DNA of 64,000 nucleotides from an uncultured Ruegeria sp. (GTDB lineage Bacteria; Pseudomonadota; Alphaproteobacteria; Rhodobacterales; Rhodobacteraceae): NCBI RefSeq assembly GCF_947497005.1, contig NZ_CANMFF010000004.1, positions 252,818 to 316,817 of the forward strand, read 5' to 3'. Shown piece by piece: positions 59,854 to 64,000 of this stretch (position 1 is its first letter; each line of letters starts with the position of its first letter). The notes under the pieces were generated by a model. It saw only the letters and a program-made list of their open reading frames with translations, ran no database searches and was not told where the DNA came from. The position numbers and the translations under genes were made by a program.

Positions 59854-62800
59854 TTACGCGACGAAATCGTCTTCGTTCAGATCGGCGCTGTTGACGCCGA
59901 CCAGACGGACCGTGCCTTCATTGCCAAAGCTGATCACAGCATCGTCGCCATCCTGAGCGACATTGACCTGGGCGCCGAAATCTGGCCCGAAATCATCGAA
60001 TTGCAGCTTGTCCAGATCTGTTTCGAAATCCTTGACGACGTCATTGCCGAAATTGGCGCCAAACTGGAACGTATCTGCGCCTGCTCCACCGATCAGGATG
60101 TCATCGCCACCTTCACCGTTCAGCGCGTTGGACAGATCGTTGCCAACGATCACGTCACCTTCATCAGATCCGATGACGTTCTCGACTGACCTCAGAATGT
60201 CGGTTTCGATCTGATTGTCGATGACATCCTGACCAATGACACCTGTTCCACCCACAGCGTCCACATCCAGCGTGGCACCCGCATCCACCAACGTGTCCTG
60301 CACAACCGGACCGTTTTGGCCGGCAGGCGCATTGTGCAGATGGATGGCCGAAACGACACCCGGGATCGGTGTGTTCAGATCGGCTTCGTTCAGACCAACA
60401 ACGCTCAGTTCACTGGAATAGGTGACTATGCCGGTTGTCAGATCCTGGGTGATGACAACGGTCGCGTCCCCCGTGGCGTCGCTGTCTGAAGTTGGACCAG
60501 GTTCTTGCGCCGCGTCCAGATCACCGCTCAGGGTGACGGTGCGAAAACCGCCTTCCGTCACATCGCTGTCAACAAGCAACTGTCCACGGATTTCACCAGC
60601 CGGGAAATCAGCTGTGTGGATGTTGTAATACAGATTGCCCTGCGCCGCTTCTTCAACAAACCAGGCGCCGTCCGGGATATTCGCTCCGAACTGATCTGGC
60701 GCGGCGATGACCGCATCCACGATTGACACGTTGAAGCCGGTGTCGCGCGTGGCCGTGCCGTTGCCGTTGGCATCCAGACGGACTTCAACCGCGACATCCA
60801 GATCCGAGAAGTCAGCCGTGTCGATGCCATCTCCACCATCGATGAAGTCATTGCCCAGACCACCGGTCAGAACGTTGTCTGCATCGCCTGCGATCAGAAC
60901 ATCATCACCAGCGCCGCCGTTTATATCGCCGTTGGTAGTCCCCAGATCGACAAAGATGTCGTCGCCGTCGCTCAGCAGAACGTTGCCGTTGATGACACCT
61001 TCATCGTCATTGACGATGGTGACAGTCCCGGCATCCGAAGCATCGATGGCGTTGACCGTGCCACGGATCTCACCCTCGTTGAGGATTGCACCCAGCAGGT
61101 TAAGGCCGCCGTCCACGCGGATACCAGCTGCGGCTTCCGATCCTTCCGATCCGGCGATCAGACCTTCGTTGACCACAACACCGGCAAAGGACGCATCGTC
61201 CTGACTGGTAAACAGGCGCAAACCATCGCCAACCTGATTTCCCTCGGCAGCGTCACCACGACCTTGCAGGGTGCCTTCGTTCAGGATTGCGGCCGAAACC
61301 ACATCACCCGACACGTCGCCGGTTTGAAGCGACACGGCCGAGCCGTTGTTGCCTTCGCCCGCGTCCACCAGACCGGTATTTGTAAAGGTATAGTTGTCAG
61401 CGGTGCCGTCGGCATAGACAGTTCCGTTGCGCTGGTTTCCGGTGCCGAGAATCTCACCTTCGTTGACGATTTCAAGTCCAACGCCGTCAATGTTCAGCGC
61501 GCGGCTGTCCGAGGTCACAGTGCCCTGGTTCAGGAACGAACCGCCCGCGTGATCGCCAGTGCCAAAATAAACGCCGTTCTGACCGCCCGCAAACACGCCG
61601 GTTTCTTCGTTGACCAGTTGTCCCTGAAAATCAACGTTGTTGACCGCACGAAACGCGCCGACAGTACCGTTTGCACCTTCCGATGTAACAGTACCGCTGT
61701 TGGTGATAGTGCCGGTAAACGAGGCGGGGGCAAAGCCACCTTCCTGACGTACGCCTTCCAGACGAATGCCGTCACCTGCAGTGCCCAGCGCCGCGCCAGC
61801 GTTGCCGCGACCGGCGATGGTTCCCGCGTTTTCAACCTCGACCTCACCATTTCCGTCTCCGGCCAACGACAGCGAAATCCCCGCGCCGTTGTTGTGCTCA
61901 CCCGCATCAATCGTGCCTGTGGCCAGGTTATTGATCGAATAGTCTTGCGCGGTATCGTCGGCATAGATCGTACCGTTGCGTTGATCTCCTTTGCCCAGAA
62001 TGGCTCCGCCGTTGATAATGTCGACACCGGAACCATCGATGTTAACCGCGCGGCTGCCTGACTGGATGGTGCCAAAGTTCAACACATCCAGATCATGCTC
62101 GCCGTCACCGACATAAAGGCCATTGCGCGGACCTTCGATTACACCGGTCGAGGTGTTCAGAATCTCTCCCGCTGAATTTGCGCCATCGGCAATACGGATA
62201 CCGGCTGCGGTGCCCTGATTGCTTTCGGTCGAAATCAGGCCGCTGTTGACAATCTCGGTTTCAAGAACGGTGCCCTGAGCCCCGTCATCGATACTAATAC
62301 CGTCACCGGCCAGTGAGGTGTTCGACGCCGCTTGGCCACGACCCTGAATGGTCGCTCCAAAGCCATTAAACACGTCGGTTTCGACGCGATCATCAACCTC
62401 TTCTCCAATTTGCAGCGAGATGCCAGCACCCTGATTGCCTTCACCCGCATCAATCAGGCCGCCGGTGAAGTTCGAGATCGAAACGTCCTCGGCTGTCGAA
62501 TTGGTATAGATGGTGCCGTTGCGCTGGTCGCCGGTGCCAATGATATTGCCGAAGTTGCGCACATCGATGCCCTGGCCCTGAATATCGACCGCACGGCTGT
62601 CAGAAGAGATGACAGCGCCGCGGAAGTTGTCCAGGCTGCCTGAACTTTCAGCGCCCGCGAATTGCACACCGTTGAACTCACCCGCGATCTCGCCAAAGTT
62701 GCGGACCGAGGCGACGCCGGTGACCTGAACACCGGTTGCAAGGGCAACAGGACCATTATTCGCCTCGATCAGACCCGAGCGGAAGTTGAAGATATCAACA

Positions 62801-63027
62801 TCCTGACCCTGCGCCTGAACAGCGGCAACGGCGTTGTTGGTGACAATCTCGCCAAAGTTCAGCAGGCGGGAAAAATCATTCGCCAGAACAAAGGCCGGTG
62901 TGTCGTCAACGACTGTGGATTGAAAGAAATTGTTGATGAGGGTTTGGCCATCGCGGGATGTCTCTTGCGCCAGGGTCGACGTGGTCAAGAGACGGGCGCG
63001 CAGGCCTTCTGTAAATTGGGACAGCAT
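59854..63027 (-). CDS. Large acidic Gly/Asn-rich repeat protein with RTX Ca2+ repeats and a CHRD domain; probable T1SS substrate
   Basis: 1057 aa; GGAGDDVLI, GGLGNDFID and GGAGADTFQ nonapeptides; YYNIHT...GEIRGQL and AIHLHNAPAGQNGPVV; directly upstream of the ABC/MFP genes; RBS GGAG. Confidence 0.9.
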   Translation of the reverse strand: MLSQFTEGLRARLLTTSTLAQETSRDGQTLINNFFQSTVVDDTPAFVLANDFSRLLNFGEIVTNNAVAAVQAQGQDVDIFNFRSGLIEANNGPVALATGVQVTGVASVRNFGEIAGEFNGVQFAGAESSGSLDNFRGAVISSDSRAVDIQGQGIDVRNFGNIIGTGDQRNGTIYTNSTAEDVSISNFTGGLIDAGEGNQGAGISLQIGEEVDDRVETDVFNGFGATIQGRGQAASNTSLAGDGISIDDGAQGTVLETEIVNSGLISTESNQGTAAGIRIADGANSAGEILNTSTGVIEGPRNGLYVGDGEHDLDVLNFGTIQSGSRAVNIDGSGVDIINGGAILGKGDQRNGTIYADDTAQDYSINNLATGTIDAGEHNNGAGISLSLAGDGNGEVEVENAGTIAGRGNAGAALGTAGDGIRLEGVRQEGGFAPASFTGTITNSGTVTSEGANGTVGAFRAVNNVDFQGQLVNEETGVFAGGQNGVYFGTGDHAGGSFLNQGTVTSDSRALNIDGVGLEIVNEGEILGTGNQRNGTVYADGTADNYTFTNTGLVDAGEGNNGSAVSLQTGDVSGDVVSAAILNEGTLQGRGDAAEGNQVGDGLRLFTSQDDASFAGVVVNEGLIAGSEGSEAAAGIRVDGGLNLLGAILNEGEIRGTVNAIDASDAGTVTIVNDDEGVINGNVLLSDGDDIFVDLGTTNGDINGGAGDDVLIAGDADNVLTGGLGNDFIDGGDGIDTADFSDLDVAVEVRLDANGNGTATRDTGFNVSIVDAVIAAPDQFGANIPDGAWFVEEAAQGNLYYNIHTADFPAGEIRGQLLVDSDVTEGGFRTVTLSGDLDAAQEPGPTSDSDATGDATVVITQDLTTGIVTYSSELSVVGLNEADLNTPIPGVVSAIHLHNAPAGQNGPVVQDTLVDAGATLDVDAVGGTGVIGQDVIDNQIETDILRSVENVIGSDEGDVIVGNDLSNALNGEGGDDILIGGAGADTFQFGANFGNDVVKDFETDLDKLQFDDFGPDFGAQVNVAQDGDDAVISFGNEGTVRLVGVNSADLNEDDFVA

Positions 63028-63388
63028 GGATTACTCCGTCAAAAAGTTGCGTTCGTGCAAGCGGCCCGTCAGTTTGGGCAGCCGACGCAACAAAGGACTA
63101 GGCCGCCCCCGGTGCGAACTGAAATTCATGGTTCAAATCGGGTGTATAACCGTCGCAAATAGTCACGGTTTTCGTGAGGACTGAAACATCGGAGCCGCTG
63201 CAAACACGGCGTTTCTGCCCAAGGGGAGTGGGCTGGAAATCTATTCGTTTTCGAATTCTGACAGATTTGTTAGAGGATGTGAGCGTAAATTGGTCTGGTT
63301 CTGCCTCAGCCACCTTCTGAATCCTGACGTCTGATCGTATTCTGATAGGCGATTGATTAGAAGATTTTGCTTCGGGATTGGATGTCCG

Positions 63389-64000
63389 ATGAACCTCAGA
63401 GATCTGGAATATGTACTTGCCATAGCAAAACACGGCCAGTTCAGCCAGGCGGCGGCGGCTTGCAACGTGTCCCAGCCTGCCATGTCGAACCAGATCAAAA
63501 AGCTTGAGCAGGAATTGGGAACCGATCTGTTCCTGCGCCTCAACAATGAGGTGCGCCCGACTTTATACGGTGCCCGTGTCGTTGAAATCGCCCAGCGCAT
63601 ACTGAACGATGCGCAAGAAATCCGCGACACCGCCACTGAATTCCGAGACCCCGACGCCGTCCCCCTGACAATCGGCATGACCCCTACGTTGGCCCCGTAT
63701 CTGACTGGGTATTTTTCCGAACTCTTCAGTACTCTGTGTCCAAAGATGCGAGTCACGCTGGTTGAGGACCTGCCACAAAACATGTTGCGCAGGGTCGAGG
63801 ATCACACGCTGGACATGGCGTTGGTGGCAAAGATCAACAACAGTGCCTCTTTGGACTTTACCTCGATCTGGTCCGAGCCATTGTTTCTGGCGCTGCGCGA
63901 AGGGCATCCACTGTGCACCCTGCCGTCGATTGCGCCGGAAGATGTTCCGCCGCATGACTTCATTCGGCTACCGCACAGTTTCGGATACGATCTTGAGGAC
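63389..64000 (+). CDS. OxyR-like LysR family regulator (5' 204 codons; runs off right edge)
   Basis: Hand translation MNLRDLEYVLAIAKHGQFSQAAAACNVSQPAMSNQIKKLEQELG...IGMTPTLAPYL; the frame stays open to the window end. Confidence 0.88.
   Translation, partial: MNLRDLEYVLAIAKHGQFSQAAAACNVSQPAMSNQIKKLEQELGTDLFLRLNNEVRPTLYGARVVEIAQRILNDAQEIRDTATEFRDPDAVPLTIGMTPTLAPYLTGYFSELFSTLCPKMRVTLVEDLPQNMLRRVEDHTLDMALVAKINNSASLDFTSIWSEPLFLALREGHPLCTLPSIAPEDVPPHDFIRLPHSFGYDLED

Noticed and set aside
61264-63162. Plus-strand ORFs of 265 and 166 aa within the RTX gene
   Set aside because: Antisense shadows of a repetitive, biased CDS.
63330-63380. OxyR box upstream of the OxyR-like gene
   Set aside because: ATAG occurs but not the ATAG-N7-CTAT alternation.
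1-64000. CRISPR array, rRNA, intact prophage or intact transposase
   Set aside because: No regularly spaced repeat-spacer array, rRNA-like stretch, phage structural gene or full-length transposase was seen.

Overview
Roseobacter-group (Rhodobacteraceae, Ruegeria-like) chromosome segment in three parts. (1) 1-19238 is a mosaic catabolic island abutting the 3' end of tRNA-Pro(CGG). It carries hydantoinase/oxoprolinase A/B genes, a decayed class III ADH, an alpha/beta hydrolase, a Tn3 relic, gntR-tcuAB, an IS110/IS1111 relic, a five-gene TetR(BetI-like)/Rieske oxygenase operon, a LysR-tctCBA-lyase module and a probable decayed integrase. (2) 19239-56556 is mostly core genome: RlmL-like methyltransferase, nqrABCDEF with apbE-nqrM, sulfatase, gpmI-envC-ctpA, a DUF6478 pair, an ABC-cNMP fusion, CPBP-accD-folC, zapE, mtnA with an aldolase/SDR fusion, sthA and fghA. 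(3) 56665-64000 is a type I secretion locus for a 1057-aa repeat/RTX protein containing a circularly permuted CHRD domain, divergent from an OxyR-like regulator with Gly at the peroxidatic Cys199 position. The best candidates for undescribed systems are this locus, the Rieske operon, the mtnA-aldolase/SDR pair, the atypical lyase/TTT module and the ATPase-dead ABC-cNMP fusion. No CRISPR array, rRNA or prophage was seen. All family calls come from motif recognition by eye; no searches were run.
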